From the human T2T-CHM13v2.0 reference genome, Homo sapiens: DNA of 64,000 bases. The stretch is taken from the NCBI RefSeq assembly GCF_009914755.1, contig NC_060948.1; one strand, written 5' to 3'. The notes below the pieces were generated by a model. The model saw only the letters and a program-made list of their open reading frames with translations, searched no databases and was not told where the DNA came from. The position numbers and the translations under genes were made by a program. Shown piece after piece: positions 42,201-56,203 of this stretch; position 1 is the first letter of the stretch; each line of letters starts with the position of its first letter.

Positions 42201-43316
42201 TTCCACTCCATCCCCTTCCATTCCGCTCCATTCCACTGCACTCCACTCCACCCCACTCCACTCCACTTCATTCCATTCCACTTCATGCCATTCCATTCCT
42301 CTCCATTCCACTCTACTCCACTTAACTCCATTTCACTCCACTGCAGGCCACTCCATTCCATTCAGTTCCACTGCATTCCATTCCATTCCTTTCTTTTGAG
42401 AGTACCTCGCTCTGTCACCCAGCCTGGAGTGCAGTGGCAGAAATTCAGTTCACATTTCGTTACTATTCGATTCCACTCCATTCCATTCCACTGTACTCCA
42501 CTCCACTCAATTCCTCTCCATTCCACTCCAACTGATTCCATTCCATTCCATTCCAATCTCTTCCATTCAACTCCTTTCTTTCAACAGGATCTCCCGCTGT
42601 CACACAGGCTGTTGCCTAGTGGCACAGTCTCAGCACACATTTCTTTTTGCAATTCCATTCCATTCCATTCCATTCCATTCCATTCCACGCCCCTCCATTC
42701 CACTCCACTTCGTTACATTCCACTTTACTCCACTCCACTCCATTCCACTCCACTCCACTCCATTCCATTCCAGTTTATTCTATTCCACTCCATTGCACTG
42801 CACTCCATTCCACCCCACTCCTCTCCATTCCACTCCATTCCATTCCTCTCCATTGCACTGTAATCCACTCCATCCCTCTCCACTCCACTCTACTCCACCA
42901 CATTCCACTCCACTCCACTCCATTCCAATCCACTCCATTCCACTCCCCTCCATTCCACTCCTCTCCATTCCTCTCCACTACACTCCACTTCACTCCACTC
43001 CACTCCATTACACTACACTCCAATCCATTCCATTCCATTACTCTCCATTCAATTCCATTACTTTCCTTCCACAGGATCTCACTCTGTTACAAAGTTTGGA
43101 GTGCAATGGCACAATCTCAACTCACATTTCTTTTCATCATTCCATTGCATTCCATTCCATTACACTCAGTTTCACTCCACTCCATGCCACTCCATTCCAT
43201 TCTCCTCCATCCCATTCTATTCGACTCCATTCCACTCAACTCCACTCCACTCCACTTCAGTCCTCTCCATTCCATTCCACTAAATTCCAGTGCCTTCCAT
43301 TCCATTAGTTTCTTTC

Positions 43317-43372
43317 GAGAGTATCTCACTCTGTCACCCAGGCTGGAGCGCAGTGGCACAATTTCAGCTCAC
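43317..43372 (-). mobile_element. Alu 3'-end fragment, class C
   Basis: gagagtatctcactctgtcacccaggctggagcgcagtggcacaatttcagctcac. Confidence 0.9.
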
Positions 43373-44211
43373 ATTTCATTTCACCATTCCATTCCATTCC
43401 ATTCCATTCCATTCCATTCCATTCCATTCCATTCCACTCTAATCCATTAAACTCCACTCCACTACACTCCATTCAATTCCACTCCATCCCATTCCATGCC
43501 ACTCCTTTCCACTCCAGTCCACTACACTCTGTACCATTCATTTCCACTCCATTCCATTCCCTTGCTTTCTTTTGACAGTATCTCACTCTGTCACCCAGGC
43601 TGGTGTGCAGTGACACAGTCTCAGGTCACATTTCATTTCACCATTCCATTGCATTTCATTCCGTTCCATTATATTCCATTCCACTCCATTCGACTGCACT
43701 CCACTCCGATCCACTCAATTCCACTGCACTCCACTGGAATCCATTCCATTATATTCTATTCCATTCCAATCCTTTAAATTCCGCTCCATTCTTTCAAAAT
43801 GATCTCCCTCTGACACACAGGCTGTAACATAGTGGCACAATCTCAGCACACATTCCTTTTCACCATTCCATTCCGTTCTGTTCCGTTCCACTCCATTGCA
43901 TTCTGTTCCATTCCATTCCATTCTGTTCCACTCCTTTCCACTCCAATCCACTCCACTCCATTCCATTTCACTCCATGTCATTTCAATCCACTCCACTCCA
44001 GTCCATTACACTCCAATTCACTCCACCCCACTCCATGCCATTCCACTACGTTCCATTCCGTTCCATTGCACTGCACTCCACTCCACCACACTCCACTCTA
44101 CTCCAGTCCACGCTATTGCACTGCACTCCACTCCACTTCACTCCACTCCACTCCAATCCATTCAAATCCATTGGATTCCATTTCAATCATTGTATTCCAT
44201 TCCTTTCTTTC

Positions 44212-44267
44212 AACAGGATATCACTGTGTCACCCAGGCTGGAGTGCAGTGGCACAATCGCAGCTCAC
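44212..44267 (-). mobile_element. Alu 3'-end fragment, class B
   Basis: aacaggatatcactgtgtcacccaggctggagtgcagtggcacaatcgcagctcac plus attacatgtcaactttcc. Confidence 0.9.
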
Positions 44268-45756
44268 ATTACATGTCAACTTTCCTTTGCATTGCATTCT
44301 ATAACATTGCATTGCATTCCATTCCATTCCATTTCACTCCGTTCCACTCCAATCTATTCCAATCCACAACATTCCATTACATCCGATTCCATTCCACGCC
44401 ATTCCACTCCCCTCACCTCCACTGCACTCCATGCCACTGCATTCCACTGCATCCTTTTCCATTCCACTCCGTTAGTCAGCACTCCCTTCTTCCTGACTCC
44501 ACTCCACTTCATTCCATTCCATTCCTTCCCATTCCATTACACTCCTTTCTCCTCCACTACACTTTACTCCACTCCACTCCAGTCCACTGCATTCCATTCC
44601 ATTCCACTGCATTCCATTCCATTCCTTTCTTTCAATAGTATCCCACTCTGTCACCCAGCCTGCAGTGTAGTGGCACAATCTCAGCTCGAATTTCATTCAC
44701 CTATCCATTCCATTCCATTCCATTCCATTCCATTCAATTCCACTAAATCCACTCCACTCCAATCCATTCCAGTTCACTTCACTCCTTTCCAGTCCACGCA
44801 ACTCCTTTCCATTCCATACCATTCCATTCTTCTCCTTTCCACTCCACTCCAGTCTACTCCAATCACCTCCATTCCATTCCATTCCATTCCATTCCATTCC
44901 ATTCCATTCCATTCCATTCCATTCCTTTCTTTTGATAGGATCTCACTCTGTCACCCTGGCTGGTGTGCAGTGGCACAATCTCAGCTCACATTTCATTTCA
45001 ACATTCCACTCCATTCCATTCCACTGCACTCTACTCCACTTAATTCCACTCCACTCCACTCCAATCAATTCCATTCCACTCCTTTCCACTCCATTCCATT
45101 CCATTCCACTCCAATCCACTTCACTCCACTAAACTCCACTCCACTCTACTGCATTCCATTCCGTTCCATTACAATCCACTCTATTCCACTCCATTCCACT
45201 CCACTCCACTCCAGTCCATTCCATTTCATTCCACTCCAATTCATTCCATTCCATTCTACTTCACTCCACTCCATTCCATTTCATTTCATTCCATTCCATT
45301 CCACTCCACTCCACTCCATTCCATTCCATTCCACACCCCTCCAATCCACTTAATTCCACTCCACTTCACTTCCTTCAATTCCACTCCTCTCCAATCCATT
45401 CCTCTCCACTCCATTCTATTCCACTCCAATCGATTCCATTCCACTCCTCTCCATTCCATTCCGTTTCACTCCACTCCCCTCCACTCCATTCCACTAAACT
45501 GCACTCCACACCACTCCATTCCATTCCACTCCACTCCATTCCATTCCACTTCACTCCATTCCACTCTATTGAACTCCACTCCAGTCCATTCCATTCCATT
45601 CTATTCCACTCCATTCCATTCCTCGCTATTCCACTCCACTCCATTCCACTCAACTCCACTTCATTCCACTCCATTCCAGTCCACTCGACTCTACTCGAGT
45701 CCAGTCCACTCCACTACCCTCCATTCCATTCCATTCCATTCCATTACATTACATTG

Positions 45757-45898
45757 CACTCCGATCCACTCCACTCCACTCCACTCCAGTCCTTTCCATT
45801 CCCTTCCATTCCCTTCCATTCCTTTCCACTCCGATCCACTCCACTCCACTCCAGTCCTTTCCATTCCCTTCCATTCCCTTCCATTCCTTTCCACTCCG
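45757..45898 (+). repeat. Near-perfect 70/65-bp tandem duplication
   Basis: cactccgatc(cactc)n cagtcctttccattcccttccattcccttccattcctttc occurs twice, and the copies differ by one CACTC unit. Confidence 0.9.
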
Positions 45899-46225
45899 TT
45901 CCGTTCCACTCCACTCCACTCCAATGCATTCCATTACATACGAATCCATTCCACTCCAATCCACTCCTCTCCACTCCACTGCACTCCACTCCATTCCACT
46001 CTATCCCATTCCATTCCACTCCATTCCACTGCACTTCACTCTACCCCTTATCACTACACTGCATTATCTTCCATTCCATCCCATTCTGCTCCACTTCACT
46101 ACATTCCACTACACTTCACTCCACTCCATTCCACTCCAGTACACTGCATTCCATTCCATTCCATTCCATTCCATTCCATTCCATTCCATTCCATGGCACT
46201 GCATTCCATTCCATTGCTTTCTTTC

Positions 46226-49200
46226 GAGAGTATCTCACTCTGTCACCCATCCTGGAGTGCAGTGGCACAATCTCAGCTCACATTTCATTTCACCATTCCA
46301 TTTCATACCATTCCATTCCACTCCACTCCACTAGACTCCACTCCAATCCATTCCACTCCACTTCACTTCACTCCATTGCAGTCCACTCCACTCCTTTCCA
46401 GTCCATCCCATTTCTTTCCACTCCGCTCCACTCCACTCCATTCCATTCCATTCCACTGCTCTCCAGTCCATTCCTTTCTTTTGACAGAATATAACTCTGT
46501 CACCCAGGCCCGTCTGCAGCGGCACAATCTCAGTGCATATTTCATTCCACCATTCCATTCCATTCCATTTAATTCCGTTCCACTGCACTCCACTCCACTG
46601 CACTCTATTCCACTCCACTCCACTCCATTCCATTCCATTCCATTCCATTCCATTCCATTCCATTCCATTCCATTCCATTCCACTTCTTTCTTTCAACATA
46701 TTCTCCCTCTGTCACACAGGCAGCAGCGCAGTGGCAAAATCTCAGCACACGTTTCTTTTTGCATTCCATTTCATTCCATTCTATTCCATTCCAATCCCCT
46801 CCACTGCTTTCCACGCCACTCCACTTCACCCCATTCCATTCCACTCTACTCTACGCCATTCCACTCCTTTTCATTCCATTCCACTCCTTTCCTCTCCACT
46901 GCACTTCATTCTATTCCACTCCTTTCCATTTCAATATTTTCTTTTGACAGGATCTCACTCTGTCACGCAGGATGGAGTGCAGTGGCACACTCTCAGCTCA
47001 TATTTCATTTCACCATTCCATTTTATTCCACTCGCCTCCATTCCATTCCATTCCACTCCACTCCAATCCTCTCCATTTTACTTCCCTCCACTCCATTCCA
47101 TTCCATTCTACTCCATTCCGTTACATTCATTTATTTTGACTGGATCTCACTCTGTCACCCAGACTGAAGTGCAGTGGCAAAATCTTAGCTCACATTTCAT
47201 TTCACCATTCCATTCCATGCAATTACAGTCCATTCCAATACATTCCATTCCTTTCCATTCCATCACACTCCACTCCACGCCACTCCATTTCAGTCCACTA
47301 TGATACATTGGACTCCAAACATTCCATTCCACTCCATGCCCTTCCATTCCATTTCATTCCACTTCACTCCACAGCACTCCACTCCACTCAATTCAAGTCC
47401 ACTCTACTTCACTCCACTCCACTCCGTTCCAATCCATTCCACACCACTCCTTTGCATTCCACTCTACTCCATACCATTCCACTCCATTCCACTGCACTCC
47501 ACTACATTCCTTTCGACTCCATTTTATTCCATTCCATTCCATTCATTTCCATTCCATTCCATTCCACTCTGTTCCATTCCATTCCATTCCGTTCCAATCC
47601 ATTCCATTCCATACCATCCCATTGCACTCCATTCCACTCCATTCCATTCCATTCAACTACATTCCACGCCACTCTATTCCCTCCCATAGCATTCCATTCC
47701 ATTCCACTCCACCTCACTCCATTCCACTCCACTCCACTCCATTCTACTCCATTCCACTCCACTCCACTCCACTCCATACTATTCCTCTCCACTCCACTCC
47801 ATTCCACTCGATTCCGCTCCATTCCTCTCCACTCCACTCCATTACACTCCATTCTACTCCACTCCACTCCATTCCATTCCATTCCATTCCATTCCACTAC
47901 TCTCCATTCCATTACACTCCACTCTATTCCATTCCATTCCACTCCGTTCAACTCCATTCTATTCCATTCCTTTCCATTCCACTCCACTCCAATCCACTCG
48001 ATACCACTCCACTCCATTCCATACCATTCCACTTCATTCAACTCCATTACACTCAACTCCATTCGACTCCACTGCAATCCATTCCATTCCATTCCCTTCC
48101 AATCCACTCTATTCCATTCCACTCCACTCCATTCCACTCCACTCCTCTCCATTCCACTCCACTCCTCTCCATTCCACTCCACTCCAGTCAACTCCATTCC
48201 ACTCCACTCAAATCCATTCCACTCCCCTCAACTCCATTCCACTCCACTCTCTTCCATTTCACTCCAATCCATTCCATTATGTTCTACTCCAACCTACTCT
48301 ATTCCATTCCATTTCATTCCATTCCACTCCCCGCCACTGCACTCATTTCCATTTCATTCCATTCCACTCCATTCCACTCCACGCCTCTCCACTTCTCTCC
48401 ACTCCATTCAATTCCATTCCATTGCATTCCACTCCTTTCCACTCCACTCCATTCCACTTTACTCCATTGCATTCTGTTCCACTCCACTCCATTCCATTCC
48501 ATTCCACTGCAACCCATTCCATTCCTCTCCATTCTTTTCCACTCCAGTCCATTCCACTCACCTACATTTAACTCCATTCCACTCCATTCCACTCCACTAC
48601 ACTCCTCTTCACTCCTCTCCATTCCATTTTTCTCCTTTCCTTTCCAATCCACCCCATTCCATTCCATTCCACTCCACTCCATTCCAGTCCACTTTTTTCC
48701 ACTCCACTCCACTACATTCCGTTCCACTCCAGTCTACTCCAGTACACTCCACTCCACTCCATGTCACTCAACTACACTATTTTATATCCAATTCCATTTC
48801 ACTCTATTCCACTCCTCTCCCTTCCACTGCCCTTCACTCCACTCCATTAAACTACATCCTGTTCCATTCCCCTCCATTCCAATGCACTCCACTTCTCCCC
48901 ACTCCACTCCACTTCATTCCTTTTCATTCCACCCCATTACATTCCTCTCCATTGCATTACAATCCACTTCAGTCCTCTCCACTCCACTCCAGTCCACTCC
49001 TTTCATTCCATTCCGTTCCATTCCATTCCATCCCATACATTCCACTCTATTCCATTCCATTCCTTTCTTTAGAAAGTATCTCACCCTGTCACACAGCCTG
49101 GATTTCAGTGGCACAATCTCAGATCCCATTTCATTTCACCATTCCATTCCATTCCATTCCATATCATTCCATTCCACTCCACTGCACTCCACTCCACTCC

Positions 49201-50092
49201 ACTCCACTCCATTCCATTCCAATCCACACCTTTCCATTCCATCTCATTCCATTCCTCTCCTTTCCACTCCACTCCACTCCACACCACTCCTGTCCATTCA
49301 ATTCCACTCCATTCCGTTCCGTACATTTATTTTGACAGGATCTCACTCTGTCTCCCAGGCTGGTGTGCAGTGGCACAATCTCAGCTCACATTTTATTTTG
49401 CCATTCCATTCCATTCCATTCAGTTTCACTGCACTCCACTCCTGTCCACTCAATTCCACTCCACTCCACTCCAATCCTTTCCATTCAATTCCATTCCAAT
49501 CCCTTGCATTCCACTCCTTTCTTTCGAAAGGATCTCCCTCTGTCACACAGGCTGTAGCACAGTGACACAATCTCAGCACACATTAATTTCACCATTCCAT
49601 TCCATTCCATTCCATTCCGCTCCATTCCATTCCATTCCACTCCACTCCACTCCTTTCCACTCCACTCCACTCCATTCCATTCCACTCTACTCCACTCCAC
49701 TACACTCTATTTCATTCCATCCCTTTCCATTCCACTCCTATCCAATCCACTCCTCTCCATTCCATTCCATGCCACTGCATTCCATTCTAATATTTTCTTT
49801 TGACAGGATATCTCTGTCACCCAGGCTGGAGTGCAGTGGCACAATCTCAGCTCACATTTCATTTCATCATTCTATTCCATTCCATTCCATTCCATTTCCC
49901 TAAATTCCATTCCTTTCCACTCCACTCCACTCGACTACTCTCCTCTCCACTCCATTCCATTCCATTCCATTCCATTCCATTCCATTCCATTCCATTCCAT
50001 TCCATTCCACTCCATTCCATTCCACTCCTTTTTTTCGACTGGATCTCACTCTGTCACCCAGACTGGAGTGCAGTAGCTCTATCTTAGCTCAT
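46226..50092 (+). repeat. C-D-E-F-G cassette block repeated at ~2.85 kb
   Basis: 46226/46483/46695/46946/47138 versus 49072/49334/49526/49802/50037 (offsets 2831-2899). Confidence 0.8.
49526..49581 (-). mobile_element. Alu 3'-end fragment, class E
   Basis: gaaaggatctccctctgtcacacaggctgtagcacagtgacacaatctcagcacac. Confidence 0.8.
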
Positions 50093-53000
50093 ATTTCATT
50101 TAACTATTCCGTTCCATTCCATTCCATTCCGTTCTAGTCAATTTCATTCCAGTACACTCCACACCACTCCACTCCATTCCATTCCACTCCATTCCACTCC
50201 ACTCCACTCCATTCCCTTCTACTCCATTCCATTCAATTCCCTACCATTCCATTCCATTCCACTCCACTCCAGTCTACTCCACTTCACTACATTCCATTCT
50301 ATTCCATTCCATTCCATTCCACTCCACTCCACTCCTCTCCACTCCATTCCACTAAATTCCACTCTGCTGCATTCCATTCTACTCTACTATAATACACTCT
50401 ACTCCATGCCACGCCACTCCACTCCACTCAAATGCATTCCACTCCATTGTACTCAATTCCTCTCCACTCCCCTCAACTCCAATCCATTGCACTCCATTCT
50501 ACTTCATTTCATTCCATTCCATTCCACTTCACTCCATTACATTCCATTCCACTCTACTCCATTCCATTCCATTCCATTCCCCTCCACTCCGTTCCATTCC
50601 ATTCCATTCCATTCCATTCCATTCCATTCCATTCCACTCCACTCCTCACCACTCCACTCCACTCCATTCCATTCCATTCCTTTCTCTTCCAATCCATTCC
50701 ACTCTGCTCCACCCCACTCCACTCCATTCCACTCAAATCAATTCCATTCCACTCCATTCCACTCCATTCCACTCCACTCCATTCCAGTCCACTCCATTCC
50801 TCTTCACTCTACTCCATTCCACTCCACTTAATTCCACTCCAGTCCACTCTAGTCCAATCCCTTCCACTCCAATCCACTCCTCTCAATTTCATACCCCTGC
50901 ACTCCATTCCATTCCACTGCACTCCAATCCACTACACTCAACTCTACTCCACTCCACTCCTCTAGGCTCTGTTTGGTTCCATTTGTTTTCTTCTGTTCCT
51001 TTCAACTTCAATCCACTCCATTCCTTCCCCCTCAACTACATTCCATTACATCAGATTCCATTTCACACCATTCCACTCCTCTCCACTCCACTCCACTCCA
51101 TTCCATTCCATACCACTGCATTCCATTCCAATATTTTCTTTCGACAGAATCTCACTCTGCCACCCAAGTTGAAGCGCAGTGGCACAATCTCAGCTCACAT
51201 TTCATTTCACCATTCCATTCTCCTCCATTCCATTTCATTCCACTCCACTCCACTCCTCTCCATTACACTCCACTCCACTCCATTTTATTCCACTCCACTT
51301 CATTCCATTCCACTCCATTCCATTCCACTCTATTCCATTTCATTCCACTCCACTCCACTCCACTCCATTCCACTCCACTCCACTCCATTCCATTCTACTC
51401 CATGCCATTCCATTCCACTCAATTGAATTCGACTTCGTTCCATTCCAGTCCACTCCACTCCACTCGACTCCATTTCAGTCTGCTCCATTCCATTCCATTC
51501 CACTCCATCCCATTCCATTTGACTCCATTCCACTCCACTTCACTACATTCTACTCCACTCCACTCCACTCCACTCCACTCCACTCCACTCTACTCCACTC
51601 TATTCCATTCCATTCCATTCCATTCCATTGCATTCCATTACTTTCTTTTGGCAGGATATCACTGTGTCACCCAGGCTGAATTGCAGGTTTACAATCTCAG
51701 CTGACATTACATGTCTTCTTTCCATTGCATTGCATTGCATTCCATTCCATTCCATTTTATTTCATTCCATTCCATTGCATACCATTCCATTCCATTCCAC
51801 TCCATTCAGTTCCACTCCACTGCACTCCAATCCACTCCACTCCACTCCACTCCACACCACTGAACTCCACTCCACTCCACTCCATTCCATTCCACTCCAT
51901 TCAACTCCACACCATTCCACTCCATTCCTCTCAACTCCATTTCACTCCACTCCACTCCATTCCACTCCTCTCCATTCCATGCCATTCTACTGCAGTCCAC
52001 TCCACTCCATTCCACTCCACTCTCCACCATTCCATTTTATTCCTCTCCTTTCCACTTTTCTCCACTCCATTCAATTCGACTCCACTGCAGTCCACTCAAC
52101 TCCACTACATTCCACTCCACTCCACTCATTTCCAATCATACCATTCCATTCCAGTCCACTCCACTCCATTCCATTACACTCCATTCGACTCCATTCCATT
52201 CCATTCCACTTCATCCACTCCATTCCATTCCACTCCACTCCATTCCACTCCTCTCCACTCCATTCCACTCCCCTCCGCTCCATTCCTTTCCACTCCACTC
52301 CTCTCCATTCCACTCCACTCCACTCCATTCCACTCCTCTCCACCCCATTCTACTCCACACCACTCCATTCCGATACACTCCGTTCCACTCCATTCCTTTA
52401 TATTCCATTCCTTTTCACTCCATTGCATTCCATTCCTTTCTTTTGACAGGATATCGCTGTGTCACCCTTGCAGGAGTGCAGTGACACAATCTCAACTCTG
52501 ATTACATGTCAACTTTCCATTTCATTGCATTATATTCCATTCCATTCCATACCATTCCACTCAATTCGTTTCCACTCCACTCCACTGCAATCTACTCCAC
52601 ACCACTCCACTCCATGCTGCTCCATTCCACTCCACTCCTCTCCACTCCATTCCATTCCACTCCATTCCACTCCACACCATTCCATTCCATTCCACTCCAC
52701 TCTCTTACACTCCACTCCACTCCATTGCACTCCACTGCATGCCATTCAACCCCACTCCAATCCAATCCACTCCACCTCTTTCCACTCCTCTCCATTCCAC
52801 TCCACTACACTCCAGTCCTTTCCATTCCACTCCGTTCCTCTCTATTCCACTCCATTCCACAACACTCTACTCCACTCCACTCCACTCCACTCCACTCCAC
52901 TCCACTCCACTACATTCCATTCCTTTCCATTCCATTCCATTTCACTCCATTGCATTCAATTATTTCTTTGGACAGGATATCACTGTGTCACTTAGGCTGG

Positions 53001-56000
53001 ATTCAAGTGGCACAATCTCAGCTCACATTACGTGTCAGCTTTCATTGCATTGCAGTCTATTCCATTTCATTCTCTTCCATTCCATTCCTTTCCATTCCAC
53101 TCTCTTCCACTCCACTCCACTCCACTACATTCCATTACATCCGAGTGCATTCCACTCCATTCCATTCCTCTCCAATGCACACCACTCCACTCCATTCCAC
53201 TCGATCCCATTCAATTATGCTCCATTCCACCTCATTCCCCTACACCCCACTCCACTCCACTTCGGTCCATTCCATTGCATCCCATTCAATTCCTCTCCAT
53301 TTCACTCCACTCCACTTCTCTCCACTTCACTGCACTCTTGTCCAATCCATTCTATTCCATTCCACTGCATTCCATTAAATTCCTTTCCCTCAAGAGTATC
53401 TCACTTTGAAACCCTGCCTGGAGTGCAGTGGCACAATCTCCGTTCCCATTTCATTTCACGATTCCATTCCATTCCATTCCACTCCACTCCAATCCATTCC
53501 ATTCCACTGCACTCCCTTCCATTCCAGTCCACTCCACTTCTTTCCATTCCGTCACACACCAATCCACTCCTTTCCACTCCACTCCCCTCCATTCCATTCG
53601 ATTGCACTCCATTCCATTCCATTCCTTTATTTTGATTGGATCTCACTCTGTCACGCAGGCTGGTGTGCAGTGGCACAATCTCAGCTAAGATTTCATTTCA
53701 CCATTCGTTTCCATTCCATTCCATGGCACTTCACTCCACTAGAATCAATTTTACTCCATTCCTCTCCACTCCAAACCATTCCCTTCCATTCCATTCTAAT
53801 CCATTCCACTCCACTACCCTCCACTCCACTCCACTCCATTCAACTACACTACATTCCACCTCACTCCATCCCATTCCACTCCACTCCATTCCACTCCACT
53901 CCGCTATAGTCCCCTCTAATCCACTCCACTCCACTCCATTCCGTTCTACTCCACTCCATTCCATTCCCCTCTGATCCCCTCCACTCCACTCCATTCCATT
54001 CCATTCCATTTCGTTCCGTTCCATTCCATTCCATTCCATTCCATTCCATTCCATTCCATTCCATTCCATTCCATTCCTTTCCTTTCCACGGGATCTCACT
54101 CTGTCTAAAATTCTGGAGTTCAGTGGTACAATCTCAGCTAACATTTATTTTCACCATTCCATTTCTTTCAATTCCTTCCCAGTCCATTCCACTCTATTTC
54201 ACTCCACTCCTCTCCACTCCACTCCATTCCATTCCTCTTCATCCCATTCCATTCAACTCCACTCCAATCCACTCCACTCCATTCCATTCCATTCTATTTC
54301 CCTCCATTACATTGCATTCCTTTCTTTCGACGGGATATCACGGTGTCACTGAGGCTGGAGTGCAGTGGCACAATCTCAGCTCTCATTACATGTCAACTTT
54401 CAATTGCATTGCATTCTATTCCATTGCATTTCATTGCGTTCCATTCCATTCCATTCCAGTGCATTCCATTACATTCCATTACATTCCTGTTCATTCAATG
54501 CCATTCCTTTCCACTCCATTCTACTCCACTCCACTCTACTACATTACATTACATGCAATTCCATTCCTCTCCATTCCCCTCCTCTCCACTCCACAGCCCA
54601 CCACCCCACTCCATTGCACTGCCTCCCATTCCTTTCCACTCCATTCTACTGCAATCCACTCCACCCCACTCCACTCCACTTCATTCCATTTCATCCCATT
54701 CCATTCCAATCCCTTCCATTCCACTCCTATCTTTCGACAGGATCTCTTTCTGTCACACAGTCTGTAGCGTAGTGACACAATCTCAACACACATTTCTTTT
54801 AACCATTCCATTCCATTCCTTTCTATTCCATTCCATTCCATTAGATTACATTACATTACATTACACTCCACACCACTCCAGTCCACTCCACTCCACTCCA
54901 CTCCACTCCTGTCCATTCCATTTCACTTCACTCCACTCTAAACATTGCACTGCACTCCACTCCTCTCCAATACATTCCACTCCATTCTATCCCACTCCAC
55001 TCCACTCCACTCTGTTTCACTCCACTCCATTCCAATCCACTCCACTCCATTCCATTCCACTCCACTCCACTCCATCCATTCCACTCCACTCCATTCCATT
55101 AAATTCCATTCCATTCCATTTCACTCCACTCCACTCCACTCCACTCCATTCCATTCCACTCCACTCATCTCCACTCCTTTCCTTTCCATTCTATTCCATT
55201 ACATTGCACTTCATTACTTTCTTTTGACAGGATATCACTGTGTCACTCAGGTTGGAGTGCAGTGGCACAATCTCAGCTCACATTACATGTCAACTTTTCT
55301 TTTTATTGCATTCTATTCAATTACATTCCATTGCATTCCATTCCATTCCATTCCATTCCATTCTATTCCATTCCACACCATTCCACTCCACTCCACTCCC
55401 CTCAGCTACATTCCATTGCATCCGATTCCATTCCATTCCATTCCACTCCTCTCCCCTCCACTGCACTTCACTACACTCCATTCCACTCCATCCCATTCCA
55501 TTCGGCTCCATTCCACTGCACTCCCCTCCACCCCAATCCACTCCACTTAAATCCATTCCATCCCATTCCATTCCTCTCGATTCCACTCCAATCCACTTCA
55601 CTCCACTCCACTCCAATCCAGTCCACTCCATTTCATTGCATTCCATTCCATTCCACTCCATTTCATTCCATTCCTTTCTTTCAAGAGTATCTCACTCTGT
55701 CACCCATACTGGAGCACAGTGGCAGAATCTCACCTCACATTTCATTTCACCATTCCATTCCATTCCATTCCATTCCATTCCATTCCATTCCATTCCACTG
55801 CACTCCACTCCAATCCACTCCAGTCCACTCCGCTCCACTCCACTCCACTCCTTTCCATTCCATTTCACTTCACTCCATTCTACTCATTCCACTCCACACC
55901 ACTCCACTCCCATCCATTCCACACCATTTCATCCCACTCCACTCCACTGCACTTCACTCCATTCCACTCCAATCCACTTCACAGCATTCCACTCCACTCC

Positions 56001-56203
56001 ACTCTATTTCACTCCACTCCATTCCATTCCACTCTACTCCACTTCACTCCATTCCAAACCCTTCCACTCCACTGCACTCCACTCCATCCATTCCACTTCA
56101 CTCCATTCCACTCCATTCCATTCCACTGCATTTCATTCCACTCCACGCACCTTCACTCCACTCCATTCCATTCCACTCCATTCCGTTCCATTTTTTTTCT
56201 TTC

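Noticed and set aside
50961-51000. Possible foreign insertion (tctaggctctgtttggttccatttgttttcttctgttcc)
   Set aside because: It is short, has no TSD or recognisable element, and is better explained as a heavily mutated CGTTC-type patch.
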